Of a stretch of DNA of 64,000 nt, positions 40,407 to 55,555 are shown in pieces. Numbering within the stretch: the first letter of the stretch is position 1; the number at the start of each line of letters is the position of its first letter. A model generated the notes under the pieces. It saw only the letters and a list, made by a program, of their open reading frames with translations. It was not told where the DNA came from and made no database searches. The stretch is from Octopus vulgaris (Eukaryota): NCBI GenBank assembly GCA_951406725.2, contig OX597832.1, forward strand, positions 67,084,001 to 67,148,000. Reading direction: 5' to 3'. The position numbers and the translations under genes were made by a program.

Positions 40407-41798
40407 TATATAAATGAATGCATGTATAGTGTAGCGTACAGAACCATTTCCAAGTGGACAAGAGGTTAAACTAAACGTGAAATAGTTTGACAGAAAATGA
40501 TTCATACATACAGCAACTCGATTAAACAAAACCACATCTCGTTGTCAGAAAGCATTTGGCAGCTATAGGATGCTGGATAACTAAAACCCTTATATATAGT
40601 GACAAATTCCGCCAATAGGAACGCGTATATCACTTCTTCGTAGTGTAACTGCATTGCGCAAACGTCTTGTTTTTTTTTTTATTGTACAAGTTATATTTCC
40701 AAATGAAATTTATAATGCACTTGCTTGTTTCCTGCGATTTTCAGCTTTTAAGTTTTGAGGTTTTTGTTGAGTTCAATGTGACACATAAGAGAACTCGATA
40801 TGAGCGTGTCTTCCCCATTTATTTTTGAACCAGCCTATGAAGACCGACAGTATTCGATTTCCTTCCTTTTATACTGCAGTTGTGTGACTAAATATATTTG
40901 TGTGTATTGCGCTCGGCAACAGAATAATCTGCAGAGATCTACTCTCCACGAGAATAACATGTATAAATTTAAAAAATTTTACTTTACAAGCGTGAAAGCC
41001 TCGTGATGTACAGTAACAAGACCAATATTTCAATCATGATGATTCAAATGGCGAAGAAATCTAATTAGTGCATCGACAATTTTCTTCATTTTAGTAAGAT
41101 GGAGAGAAAACCGGCACTAAAAGTCATGTGAGACTGATGTTTGGAGTTCAAGTGTGGATATCAAAAACACGAAGTGAAGCCAGGGAAGGTAAAAGTTGCT
41201 GAGATGGACAAAGGATAGAGAAATATATTGAGAAGAGCAACTGACTTGGCTTTCTGTAATATCCTCAAAGTTTGAAAAGGTCGAATCTCACCACATCTTG
41301 AATACTAAGACAGAAATATTGCCCCTATACCCCGGGAAGAGTAACTTTCATTTTGGTGGGATATATTCTTATTCTGAAGGAATACTATATGGAATTATTG
41401 TTTAAAATAGCTTTAGTAACTAAGTTTTTTTATCCCTTCCTTAAAGTGTTCCGTCCTAATTTTTGGTATTCATATTGGCTTTATACAAGCAATACTTCTA
41501 ATTAAGTAACCCCAAGAAAATGTAATATCATTTATGGATTAACACAAATAATTTTAAAAATCTATATTATACCTCTTAATTTAATATTACTATATAATTA
41601 GCATGTCCTTTTAACAACAATTATTCTTTTAACTAATAGCGGGTTTCAGTCCTGATTATAATAAGCTAAATAAATTAATTAACAATGTTTAGCTCATAAT
41701 ACTTAACTTATTATACATTTCCTATAAATCTTTGCTACTGAAGTTAATAACGGATGGATATTTTATTATGGATTTAACTCTTTATCTGTCTGCCTGTC

Positions 41799-41853
<55 letters not shown>

Positions 41854-42017
41854 AAAGAAAGAAAATAAAAAAAACAAATAAATAGGGAGTTACATCGCAT
41901 ATACATACATAAGAATACAGTTACACCAAAATTGTATGTATAATCAGATCTTGAACAATTACTTGAATATATGTCTGTGACGGCCTCTGTATATACGAAT
42001 ATCAGTTATAGTTATAG

Positions 42018-42088
<71 letters not shown>

Positions 42089-42607
42089 CATGTATATATG
42101 TATATGTATGTATATATATGCATGTATGTATTTGTGAGTGTGTGTGTTCTAGTATGAATGTGTTTCTAATATATTCGCATTGTCATGCACCGACACACAC
42201 ACAACCATACACAAACAAGCACTGATTTGCTAAACATAATTGTAAATATCGGAATTGTATATTGATCAGTATGTGCTATAGAGACTCTCTACTTGAATGT
42301 CTTAAAATCAGTAAAATGTCATTTTTATAGATATACCAAGCTTACATAGTTATACAGAATTACATTTCTTCGTATAACATGTGTGTGGGGATATGTGTGT
42401 ATATGTGTGTGCATCTTTAATATATGTATTGCAATAACAATTTATGTACTGAAATATATCTTATTATACACTTCATATGTATTGTCATAGCTACAAGTAT
42501 ATTGTATTTAGCAACATATGTCAAATTTTAACACACCAAAATATAGATATGTCAGCAAATAGGTAGACAATCATATAGACACAGATACACACATACAACC
42601 CTATATA

Positions 42608-42650
<43 letters not shown>

Positions 42651-42778
42651 GCATACATAAATATGTGTCTCTCTGTGTCTGCGCACACATGGGTATGTAT
42701 CTAGATAAATATACATTTATGATTATACGCACGTACATACACACATAAATAGTATATATACTGATATATATGTTCGTA

Positions 42779-42847
<69 letters not shown>

Positions 42848-43239
42848 ATGTGTATATGTAATGTTTGGTGATATGAACTGGTGTGTGAAGACAGTTTGAA
42901 ACAGAGTACTGAAAAATATAAATATATAATATAAATTCATATTGTATTTTCATGATGAATCTTCGAGTAACATTACTCAGAGTTTCCCGCTTCGGTCATT
43001 GAGCGATTCTGAATAATTCTACATATATGAAAAAGATATTAAAATAGATTGTTCTGATTTGGGACTATTAAAACGAAACTAATTTTACGGTTGACTCAAA
43101 ATCTATCTTGTAGAACTTGTATATTAGATGAAAATCTGACATAGATGAGTATGCAAGTTTCGAAAGATATAATTGTAGAGTCGCGTAGGTTGAAACGAAA
43201 TAACCTGCATATTGAACAGAGTGAAAAAGGGATATATTT

Positions 43240-43279
<40 letters not shown>

Positions 43280-45635
43280 TGAGTGTGTGTGTGTGTCTGT
43301 GTGTGTGTGTGTGAGTGTGTGTGTGTATATATATATATTTGCGTGTGTGTGCGCGTTTACTATTGGTAACATCCTGTATTCATATATACTTATGTATATA
43401 TTATTATTAAGTCATTGAACGCCACGCATGTGTGTGTATGTGTTTGTGTGTGTGTGTGTGTATATATATACATACATACATACATACAACATATATACAT
43501 ACAGATTATACGACGTACATCTATCAGTTTCCTCTTATCAATTGCACTCAGACGTCTTTTAGAGCCTTAATGCTGTAGTAGAAGTGAGTTGCATTATATG
43601 CGAAGTATTTGGACTCAACGTGGAACAATATGGTTGAGAAACAATAATTTAAACAGCACCACCTACGTAGACTGTGAAATGCTAGATTTGAACACAGACA
43701 CTAGGCAGGCGGCGCTACCGGCTGACTGAAGTTATTGTCTCTATTATGCCTTTCCATTCACCATACGGTGTAAATTATGGAGGGGGAGCGCAAAGCAGGG
43801 ATTAATAAAATTGTAATGTTATTATCGGTCCGGATATGCTTGATGTAAGTTGGGACTGGTGAACAAGGTACTCACAGCGTATTGTCACGGAGAATATATC
43901 TCACTTGGGTATGTCTGTGTTTATCTGATATATGTATAAATTTCTCTTGTTTTTTCCTTTTGATTGCTCTTTGCGCCTTCACCCAACCTATCAATACAAC
44001 TCATGATTACAAACTAAATATAAATGCTTGTCATAAAATTTGTATTTTTCAGTTCTCAGTCTGAAAATCCTATAAGAAATGCCTTATACGCGTAACATAT
44101 AACATTCTTTTACTCCTATTGGCAAATGCAACACGCGTAATGGTGAGTAAATAAGCACAATAAAGTTTCCAACTTCCTACACACACACACACTCGTATAT
44201 ATATACACATATACATACACTTACAGACACGCGAACACACCCACATATATGTATGTATATATATTTATATATATATACATACATATATACATACATACAT
44301 ACCAACATATATGTACGAACAATGTTGTTATGTACATATAAAAGTGTATGAGTGCATATACATATGTTGACACATATTTAAATATTTATATGTTCTCAAG
44401 TGTATTTTTTGAGTACGTATAAATGTCTATACGTGTTTGTGTATGTACGTATATCGCAATTATATATCTAGTTTTGTATGCACGAATATATATGTATGTA
44501 TGCACGAATATATTTATGTATTTATGTATGTATGTATCCGTTTATTTTCAAAGTATGATGTTCACACACATTCTACGAGATGATAGTCTTAAAAATATTA
44601 TGATCCCCACAAAATATATTAAATAGTGTTTACGCTCCGTACAGCTGAATAGCTTATATTTTCCTTCACAACTGATACATAATTAAATGAATGTAAAACG
44701 ACCGAATCAAAATAGAAACTATTCACTGTATCCCATTAATCGTTGTCTCGTAAGATTTTTTGGTTGCCCTTACGATTTCGATTATGTTATATCTATGAAA
44801 CGCTATGTAAGTCAATGTGTATTTGTGTCTGTGGCTGAAATTAGGAGAATTTATTTATGACTTTTATCTCGTATCGAATGAATCGTGACAGGAAATATTT
44901 GCTTCGGAATATAAGAAGATTTCATATTCATGAACTAATTTACTTATATTGACAATAACACAAGTGTTTTACACTTACTGAACATCGCATATGTACTATC
45001 TAATATTATGTTTAGCTAAGAATGTGCAATAGGTTTTGTTTTCTAATCTGTTTTTATATATTTGATATTTTCTGTTTTCTTTATCCAGCGTATGTCCCTT
45101 CCTATTGTTGTTATGTACAGATATTTAGTTATAAAATGATTGAGTATGAGATGCTATTGCAATAAAGTATATCAGAATATATGTATTCTAAGCGAATTTA
45201 GACTACTGGGATCAGGTGCATTGTTGCGTCTCCTTTTTACTAAATTGAGTGAGATATTTAAGTTTATCGTTATTCACGTCGCAGGCAAGTTTTCAAATCT
45301 GAAATGTTTGCAGCAATCTGAATAATAAGTCGTGATTGAAGTAAAATTGTAAAAGCCGTGACAATTTAAATAACGAACATCTTGCTATTGACACAGTTTT
45401 TTTTGTTCAGATTTCTTATGAACTGGTTCTTTCTATTTCTGACACCAACGGTGTTAACGAAGGATTGTCTGCAAATTCTACAGTATATCTCATGTACATT
45501 ACCATAGAAGCACCACAAGCTGACTCTCAAACGAAGATCAAAACATTAGTGTTATACCGTTACAGACTGTAAAATGTAGCCATCATTGATCCTATCTTCT
45601 GTATCGAAAGGACATTTTCGGTTACATATATATGG

Positions 45636-45725
<90 letters not shown>

Positions 45726-47269
45726 TGTATGTGTGTGTGTATGTGTGTGTGTATGTGTGTGTGTGTTTGCATATATGCTTTCATAGTAAGTAATAATTGT
45801 TCATTAAAAGGACTGGTTTTGTTGGTGGCTAATTCGTACGCTCGTCAATATCGTGATTTTGGGTTCGATACTCTCTTCCCAACCCTTAAATAAGCAACTT
45901 CTGACATGGTCATTTACTCGTAATGTCTTTTGAAAAGAATATAGTTAACGAAAACTATAAATAAACAAAAAGTATATAAACCCACCATCCATCCGTGAAA
46001 ACAAAATTTTAGCGAATTGAAATCACTCTTTAACTGGAAATTGGTTAAATGGAGATTTTAATAATTAAGACTTCTGGTCAGCCACAATGAATGTTCTCTA
46101 AATATATATATTGGAACAATCGTTGCACGTTCAAAGAACATAGGCAATAAACACGTACTGCATATTTGTACTTAGAAATTAACACACCTCTGTTGAAGTC
46201 AATTTTATCAGAAAGAAAACATGAGTTGATATAACGTTAAAAACTTTCATGAACTATAAATGCGGGCATTGTAGGTACTTAAATATCGCGCATTAAAATA
46301 TAGTATAATGAAAATCTACATTGACAAGTGAAAACAAGTGACCAACGATAACGGTTTTGTAAAATATAGTGATAATTTAAAGATTCTGGATACAATACGT
46401 GAAGTAGAACAGAATAGAAAAACAATTTAGCGACTGCAGTATAACAATTTAATAATATGATAATGAAGTGGAGTAGAGATAGAAAAGACGAAACACCACA
46501 CTGGAAATAGAATGCAAATACTGAAAAATAGAAACAAAGGAGATGAATTGTATCAAAATCAAATGAAACTCTAGACAAACCGGATATAATAACGAAATTG
46601 ATCAACGATTTTAACAATGAAATCAAACAAAATGAAACGACCTAGAAAGCAGTTAAAGAAAAAATTATGATTAAACCATGAGAACTTTAGCAACACGAAG
46701 AACAAGGAACTGGTTTCAATGTCACTAGAAGTAATTTGAAATAAAGGAAAATGTTTCTGAAATATTGCATTAGCATGAAACAACAACCGTGACCCTAGAT
46801 AAAGCATTGTAAATAAGTAATATATTATTCTATGTGTTTTCCAAAGTAAATTTAGATTTTCATAATTATTTTAAAGATTGAATCATATAATGTGTGCGTG
46901 TTTGCGGGGATTTATATATGTGTGTATATATATGTATATATATATATATAGACAGAGAGAGAGAGTTGTCTACGCGTTATGCAAAGTTTGACAACCTCCT
47001 TAGAACCTTAATGGTATTTGATGTGGCTTTCTAAACCAGACAATGTTTAGAAAAGATACCCACAAAGATTGCATATCAGATTTGGACCACCAAGAGCTGC
47101 AGATAATCTCTGATCTTTGTGGATCTTAAAATGACAATTGAGGCCTCCGTTAGATTTGCAAACTTTCAGGCATACATTGCATATATGCACACAGCCTTAC
47201 TGCCCCCCCCTACAAACACACTTAAATTGCATTCCACAATCTGTTTTAATGATTTCAGTAGACATTTAT

Positions 47270-47730
47270 TCATTTCAAAGCTGTCCTTCAAAATGGGATA
47301 CTCTGATTTCAGTACACTTCTGGTCGTACTCCTGAGGGCTCTATGGAAGTTTCTCCCCAAAACAGAGTGTCCAGGACCTTAGTCACGGTCTCTATGGCAT
47401 TCTACTTCAATTTGAAGAGGAACCAAATTTCACAGCGAGAAAGGACTAGGATGTAGGAAGGGGGAGTGACAACTTTGATGTCCATCATCTGAAGTATTTG
47501 GCTATCAGGACGGAATTATGAAGTGGTGCATCATTATGGTGCAGGAGCCACCGACCCAAGTGTACAAGCTCTCATCTTTTGCGATGAAGTCTCTTACAAA
47601 ACTCCCTGAAAATTTCCAGAATGTACTTTTTTTGGCCGTCTGGCTAGAGGGACGTCAGTGGATGTATATCAAAGCTGTTTGTTGAAGAAGGTTATAAACA
47701 TGAGCTTCCTGGTGAACATGCTTTTCGTGA
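47270..47730 (-). mobile_element. Degenerate mariner transposase C-terminal half
   Basis: Frameshifted WLLHHNDAPLHNS, IKVVTPPSY...CEIWFLFKLK and KC.EI...HFEG correspond to the HDNAP and YSPDLAP(C/S)DF motifs. Confidence 0.65.
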
Positions 47731-50439
47731 GCCCTTGTGCCAGTAAAAACAGTTAATCCATATTCAGTCGGGAGCCTTTCATTAGATTCTGTAACGTTTT
47801 ACGTCTTGTCTTGTCGTACACATTCGCCTGCTTTCTTCCCAAACATTTAGTGCTCTTAGCTTAGATTTTCTTGGGGCCGGCCAGATTGGAGCAGTCTCGA
47901 GTGTAACCGGCCAAAACTGCAGAGATGATCTGGAACTCGACCTGATGATAGGAGGCTCAGAATTACCCATCCTTGCTTTTTCCTGTCCTTCTTTCTATCG
48001 TTCATCTATCCGGATGTTTTATTGTCGTCTGTTATGTTCTCGTTCCATTTTTGTTTTATATACACAATCACACACGGCCACACACACACACACACGCGCA
48101 CACAAACACACACATATATATATATATATACACCATAATTTTATTTGTACATATACCATAATTTTCAAGAACACTTGTCATGTATTTTATATTCACATTA
48201 GCGTATGCACACGAAATACTTAAAATTGTTAATATACATAAATATTCATTAAAATAACATTGTATTGAATACAATTACATTATATTCTATATAATATTTA
48301 TCAGGATTCCTTTGAAGTGAAGACGTGTCTCCGCGTGGTGGCTTAAAGCTTGAAAGAGAAGCTGTCACTCGGTATACAACTGATGTAAACTAGGTTAAAA
48401 TCGATGACAATACCGTCTAGAAAATTCGCCCAATGTACTTTAGCTTAATGTAATAAATATTCGGTATAGAAAAATCCTTCAATGTCCAACGACATTTATC
48501 AAATATAGCACTAATCGATAGATTCGATAATAACATTTATTCTATATACAAGCGCGCGCGTGTATGTATGTATTTATGTATGCATGTATATATATTTCTC
48601 AATTCTCTTTTTCCTTTTCAAAATATTTATCTATCAGTATATATATATACATATGTGTTTGTATACGCATGTGCAAGTGTATAAGTGTATGTGTGTGTGA
48701 ATGTGTATATACAGAGCGAGAGAGATGTTTGTTGCATAGTGTATGTATATATATGTATATATATATGAGTTTGTATGTGAGTGTATGTGTATATGTGTGT
48801 GGATGGGGCTATATAATCAGGTTATTACTTTCATACATAATTTACTCGATGTTTCAACTTTCGTTCTACGAAGGATACTTGTTTTCTAAACAATATACAT
48901 CATGAAAGACACGGGAGTAAGTGTAATCGCATTGAAAGGAATTAGACATCCCTCACCGAAAAAGGAGACGTGAAACAGAAACGAAAAGAAAACGGTTGAG
49001 TATTGAGAAACGGAGAAATTAGGATAACAGGAATGTAAAAAAAAAAAATGTACGAGGAGGAAGATGTAGAATCCAGGATGTTGGAAATAGAAGAAGAAAG
49101 AGTTTAAAAAATATATAGCATGATGGATTGGGTTAGAGAGAGGGAGAGAAAGAGAGAGGCGGAAAGAGTGTTGGGTTCAAGGAGCTGGCGGGTAGTCCTG
49201 ACAGAAAATATGACTATTAGTGTTGCGAAGGGTGAAGTAATGTTAAATCAAAGGTCTTGTGGAATGGATAAATTTTGGGTAGGGAGATGCGATCAAGATG
49301 GTGGAGCGGGAACAAGAGAGGTATTTTGGGGCAAATCAGTGTGATGGAGAATAAATATGAACAAATACAGTACCAAGTGGAACCCTTGAGTATTTCTCCA
49401 ATGGTGGTGAGTGAGAAAAGAAATGATAGAAAGTGACTATGAAACGTTATCGGCCTCCAAATGATGAGAGGCAAAGATGATCTCAGAATGTCTGTAGCCA
49501 GAAGAAATATTGGTTTCAAATTTGACAGAAGACATTCAGTTTTAGAATAGATGTTCTTCAAAAGCTAAGAGGCAAAGTAAACCTCGGCAGCGAGACAGAG
49601 ACACAATTTAAAGTAGAGGGAGGGAAGAGGGTCATAGAGATAAAGCAGTATATATATATGTGTGTGTGTGTGTGTGTACGTTTCCAAAGGTACATCGCCT
49701 ACATCTTTTATAAATTCAGTGTGCTTTATACATATTCGGCGATGTTTCTCATCTGTTTCTTACCATCCGTCGCTTAGAAATTCTTTGCTGTAATAAATTC
49801 GAAACCTGATAAAAGATTTGTACATTTTCACTGTCCAGAGCATAAGTGGAAATTGAAACTTATGAAGTAGCGACCCACGTGCCTCCTCTCCAAATAACGC
49901 CAACGAGGTAGAAGGAAGTGTGGTGTTAAGAAGGTGAATTCATTATCTGTCGAGATTTATGAGGTGGCTTTAGATAATTCTTAGATGATTGATATTCACA
50001 CTGAATTGTGATAAAGCTGAAACAAGGGGCCATAGCGGGAAAGTGAGAATGCCAGATGGGATATTAATTATCTAAAGGGGAAAATTCGAGTGGGGGATCT
50101 GGGAAAGCCGAAAGGTGAGATATGAAACTATAATTAGTAATACTTAACATTCACAGTACAACTTGTGAAATACATGCACTACATGCGTACATATTCCATT
50201 CGTTTCATTCACCGACTTAATAATCACATAGCAAACAGGTTTTGCTGCTATATTCTGAAGATGTATAGTGTGGGTAATCTTATTGGAATTTCTGAATTCC
50301 ACATGGAACGAAGTATATTCGATACATAAATTAACGAACTTTATTGATCGATTATCGAGTCGTTTGTGTTATCTATACAACCCTTGCCTATGCTAGAGAC
50401 TATCCGACTGTTTTAACCCAAACATTTGGATTTCACTAT

Positions 50440-50490
<51 letters not shown>

Positions 50491-50526
50491 TATTATATCA
50501 TATTATATATATATATATCATAATAT

Positions 50527-50578
<52 letters not shown>

Positions 50579-51429
50579 TACATACAAATATAACTGCGTG
50601 GGTGGGTGTGTGGGTGTATGTTTGTGTAGATGAAGTTCTATCACACAATGGATGAGTCACCAATAATACAATATATGTTGAAGCGTTTATAAAGTGTTAA
50701 GTTACTTTTCGTACTCATCCACGCAAATCAATCATTATAACATAACGTTTTTTTTTCCTTCTATCTTTCTTTGTCTCTCATGAATAACACTCGACGGTAA
50801 ATGAACTGAAATATCCTATTAGTAAATGCACTAACAAGTATTAAATATTACCTTAAAGTATCACATTAGATTTCTACACTATCTAAAATTTCCCCCTTTC
50901 ATTCTTATCGCATTTAAGATAATCAAATCATTTATACCCGAGTAATTGATATTTAAGTATATGTAATTACATATTTCCACATGCTTCATAGACTCCTTGC
51001 TTAGTGACTTACATTGCACAGAGTATTTAGCTTGTGTTACTAATCTATTAGGATATATTTATACTAAGTTCTTTATTCTTTTGCAATTATCATTCATTTG
51101 AATAAGGTCATACGGGAGAACTGTCTTCGAAGGCTTTAGTAGATTATATCAAGCCAGTGCTTTCTTTGATATTTAGTCTAGCGATGTGACAGGGAATGAA
51201 AACGAAGTCAACTTTGCAATCAAGTGGCTGAACTAAATAACTAAATTATTTCATTTTTGACGCAAAATTTCTTCCTTAACAAATACACATATATAATTCA
51301 AATATGCGGGGTCGTATATCTGTCTATCTATCTATCCCTCTATCGATGTCTGTCTCTTCAACTATAAACCATCCAATCTATCTCTCTCTATATATTCTTG
51401 ACAAATTATGTGAAGTGCTGAATTGACAG

Positions 51430-51615
51430 TTCAACTGAGTGTGACAAGGTGAGAGTGTGTAGTGAGAGACGCGAAAGGGTATGACACAATATTAGCACAA
51501 CGCGATTACAAGAAACGACATGACAATGCGGCGAGAATGATCCATTAGGAGTCACAGCCTACAAAGTGCAAAGATGTGGCTTGGCCAAATCCCAGGAGTT
51601 ACCAAGAATGAAGAC
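51430..51615 (+). mobile_element. Old R4-type CCHC-region fragment
   Basis: Reads LAQRDYKKRHDNAARMIH*, then AKMWLGQIPGVTKNED. Confidence 0.6.
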
Positions 51616-52882
51616 CAGGGGTATATCTCTAATGTCAATTGCTGCAAAACTGTACAACAAACTGATCCTAAATCGTCTTGTCCTTTTTGTTGAACCTTTG
51701 CTCCGAAAGAACCAAAATGGATTCAGACATGGGCGCTCAACGCTGAGCAAGATACTATGCCTGCGCAGACTTATTGAAGAATCAAAAGCATTTAATCGCG
51801 ATCTTGCAATGGTATTTGTAGACTTTTCTAAAGCGTTCGATTCTGCAGATAGGTACAAGATGTTTGAAATCCTTAAGCTCTATGGGATACCAGACAAAAT
51901 TATTTCTGCCATCAAGGTCCTCTACACAGATACGTCTTCAACCATCTTAACCTCTGATGGAGAAACATCATCTTTCTCAATCAAAGCCGGAATACTGCAG
52001 GGAGACACACTCGCCCCATTTCTTTTCATCATTGTTGTTGATTATGTGCTACGTATGTCAGTTGATACCATCTCTGGCAAGGGCTTTGAAATAAAACTAA
52101 GAAGAAGTTCCAGACACCTAGCTGAGTACTTGACAGACACTGACTTAGCTGACGACATCGCTCTTATCAGAGATTCTCTCTCCAATGCCCAGTCTCTTTT
52201 ACAATCTCTTGAACAAGCCTCAAATTGTGTAGGTCTTTACCTCAATGAGGCCAAAACTGGATATATAATCAAGTGCCTGTCCAACAGTGATTGCATCATC
52301 CATACTCTCAACAGTGCGCCTTTAAATATGGTTTCTGATTATAAATATCTTGGGTCATACATATCATCATCTGGAAAAGACTTTCTAACTAGAAAGGGTA
52401 TGGCCTGGTCAGCCTGTAATGACATGCATAAGATCTGGTCATCAAATCCAAGTAGAGACTTCAAACTTGAAATATTCAAAGCCACAGTCGAACCAATTGT
52501 ACTATATGGCTCAGAAACCTGGACGTTATCAAAGAAGCTTGAGAGGCGGTTGGATGGAACCTACACTTGCCTCCTTATGAGAGCTCAAAATCTCTCGTGG
52601 AAGCGCCATCCAACCAAAATGCAAATATACGGGAAACTACCACCTGTGTCATCTCTTGTGAAAGGTAGGAGAGTCCAGTTTGCTGGACATTGTTGTAGAG
52701 CTGAAAAAGAAGTAATTTCTACTCTTCTCCTCTGGAAGCCATCTACTCGCAATACCAGAGGGCGCACACTCTCCTACCCTGATGTAATCTCCAGGGATAC
52801 AGGCATCCAGCAACAGGACCTCCGTAATGCTATGATGGACCGTGAAGTCTGGCGTAACATAGTAAATTCCATTGTCTCGACC
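51616..52882 (+). mobile_element. 5'-truncated RTE-like LINE, RT domain to C-terminus
   Basis: ORF 51566-52942 contains RGISLMSIAAKLYNK, QNGFRHGRST, FVDFSKAFDS, GILQGDTLAPFLF, DLADDIAL, YKYLGSYI, VLYGSETWTL, FAGHC.R and AMMDREVWR. It lacks a CCHC/RLE tail. Confidence 0.9.
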
Positions 52883-52914
52883 TGTCAATGTAGGCGACAA
52901 GTCCAGAGATGTCA

Positions 52915-53368
52915 TGATATAAGAGATGTCATGACAACATAGCAAGGATTTCCATTGGACACTTTGCAATACTTATGGACTTCACAGAGCAAAAATGTGA
53001 TACGGACATTAACTCGAAGACTTCATCGAAAAGTAATGATGCACAGATCTTATGGGATTTTATGATTCAGTGCGACCATAAGACAGAGAATAGGAAACCA
53101 GACACAGAGTTAATTGAGAAAGAAAGGAAATGATGCTGGATCATAGATATAGCAGGCCCAGCTGACAACAAGGTATATGATAAGGAAGAAAGAAAAGTTG
53201 ATAGATATGACAGGTTATCTTGGGAGGTTAAGCAGCTATGGTCGCTGAAAAAGGTGTTAGTGGTACCAATAAATGTCTGAGCCCTGTGTGCAGTGAGTAA
53301 AAATCTTGAGAAGGACATGGAACAAATAGGGGCTCCAGTAAGGTTGGAGCACTTGCAAAAAACTGAGA
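52915..53368 (+). mobile_element. Family B R4-type RLE fragment
   Basis: Homologous to 1905-2335, e.g. GGGATTTTATGATTC.GTGCGAC and TAAGGAAGAAAGAAAAGT.GATAGATATGACAGGTTA. Confidence 0.85.
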
Positions 53369-54657
53369 TCAGTGAGTTGGCGACCATGCTACCAGGGTGT
53401 CTGCAGGGCACCTACATTTATGATATCACTCATAGGTTTACCATGGTAGACGAACGGGAGAGACAAGGAAAGAAGTTACCATTTGGGTGATAACATAGGC
53501 TGGGTGACTCGCTTTCCATAGAGCATTGGATTTCGTTTCGGAAGAGTCTTTAAGTCTTTTAGTCCCGCCTTATAATTTTCAGATTATGTAGTGCACAGAG
53601 AGTAATGAACATAGGATACTTCTCCCTCTATTTCGATGTACTCTTTCTCTACTATGGAGTATATCAATTTTTTATTTGTACTTATTGCTATAGAGTTTGG
53701 GATAGATGTGTTATGTTGGTGTTGTTTGTGTTTGTATGCTCCTGTGCGTTTCCTTTTATTTGAAGATCTTGTTGTTTGTGCTAGAGGTGGTTGTGGTGGT
53801 GGCGGTGGTGGTGGCGGCGGCGGCGGCGGCAGTGGTGGTTGTGGTGGTCGTGGATGTGGCGGTCGGTTGAATTGTTTTGGTGGATTTATCTGCGTTTGGT
53901 GTGGCTGTAGTTTTGTTCATGTGCTTTCGTGTGATTATGCAGTGCCCCCATTTTTTGTTTTGGTTTACTAGATTTGGACTTCCTCGCATGATGAAATTTC
54001 CTTGTCAAAAGCATCTGATGCAGATGGGGATCGAAAAGAAAGCATGTTTTCCTGTGTGCGTGAGTTAGTGTGTTTCAAAGTGGATGGGAAGCTGGGAAAT
54101 GAATAGAGAATTAGTAGTTATTTATGTAAGGATGTGAATACATCGTGAAATTGAAAACGGGCTAAACGAGTCATAACAAAGGTTACAATCCATTGTTTTC
54201 CATTGAGTAAGATTTCAGCTTTAAATTAAATTAATATTAGAACGGCCTCAAAAACAATGTAAATATAATAAGGTATATGAAGAATAAACACCATCCTGTG
54301 TTCTTCCACAACCCCAAGTTAGATAGAAAAGTACTGAATTCCAATTCCTCCTTGGTCACATACGAAGAGTGTTTTATGTGTATTTCAGTGTTATGTCATT
54401 GGGCGAGTACTTGCTTAAGATAAAGGATTTAGTTCTTGTTACTACTTTGTTGGTGAATTTTCGTCCCTCGTAACCAGTCTACTCTCTACTTCATTCAATC
54501 ATTAATTATGGGATAGATTAATAAGTGTGATTATTGTACTAAGGAACTGTAATTTTCCAAACTTACCGGAAACACACGGGTGCTAGCTGGAATAAAATGG
54601 TAAATATCCATTACATTTGTGACTTTTCCGTATGTGCATGTGTGTGTGTGTGTGTGT

Positions 54658-54693
<36 letters not shown>

Positions 54694-55277
54694 ATGTGTG
54701 TGTGTACATACAAACAAACACGGCCGCGCACACACATTATTAAAATATGCTCTCAGTGTTAAGAAGTATGAGAACTTCTTATAATTAGTAACATATTCGA
54801 TGTTTTGTGACCAATAGTTTTCAAGTATTATCACAGAGAGTAGTAATAATGAAATTAATCAAAATACAATTTTATTAAATTTCATACGTTTATAATAATA
54901 ATTACCGTGCCGAGGTGGCTAACGCTGTAAATTTGTATAATAATTATTGTAACATCCAATAAAAGTCAAGCTAAGATACTAAGATATTGGAAATACTAAA
55001 TATCAGTAATGTGGAACGGATATATGTAAATTGAAGTAGTAGAAAAAAAATTGTGATTGTGATATATATTCATAATTAGAATATAGTGTAATACAGGAAA
55101 GAAGCGAAATACATAAATTAGAAAGACTTTAGAGAAAAATGTTAGCTATTAGATTAGAGTAATAATTTTAATATAATAATTTTAAATAATGTGATGTTTT
55201 ACAAATTTCGCTGAAATATAATTTGATGATTTATAAATCTTGCAGATATATACTCAGAATATATATGTATAAAGTCT

Positions 55278-55358
<81 letters not shown>

Positions 55359-55399
55359 ACACATACACACTCAAACACAAACACATGCACATACCGGAA

Positions 55400-55555
55400 T
55401 ATGTTAATGTGCGATTCAGACTTTTGCTTCCAAACTTGTCATGAGTTCAGTTCCATTGCGCAGATCTTAGGAAATGGCTTATACAGTTGCCCCGAGTTGA
55501 CCAAATCCTCGGGAATGAATTCGGTAAACGGAATCTGAAAGAAATAGGTCGCATA
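55400..55555 (+). mobile_element. Degenerate SINE 5' half
   Basis: B-box-like GAGTTCAGTTCC, then AAACGGAATCTGAAAGAA matching 28432-28452. Confidence 0.5.
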
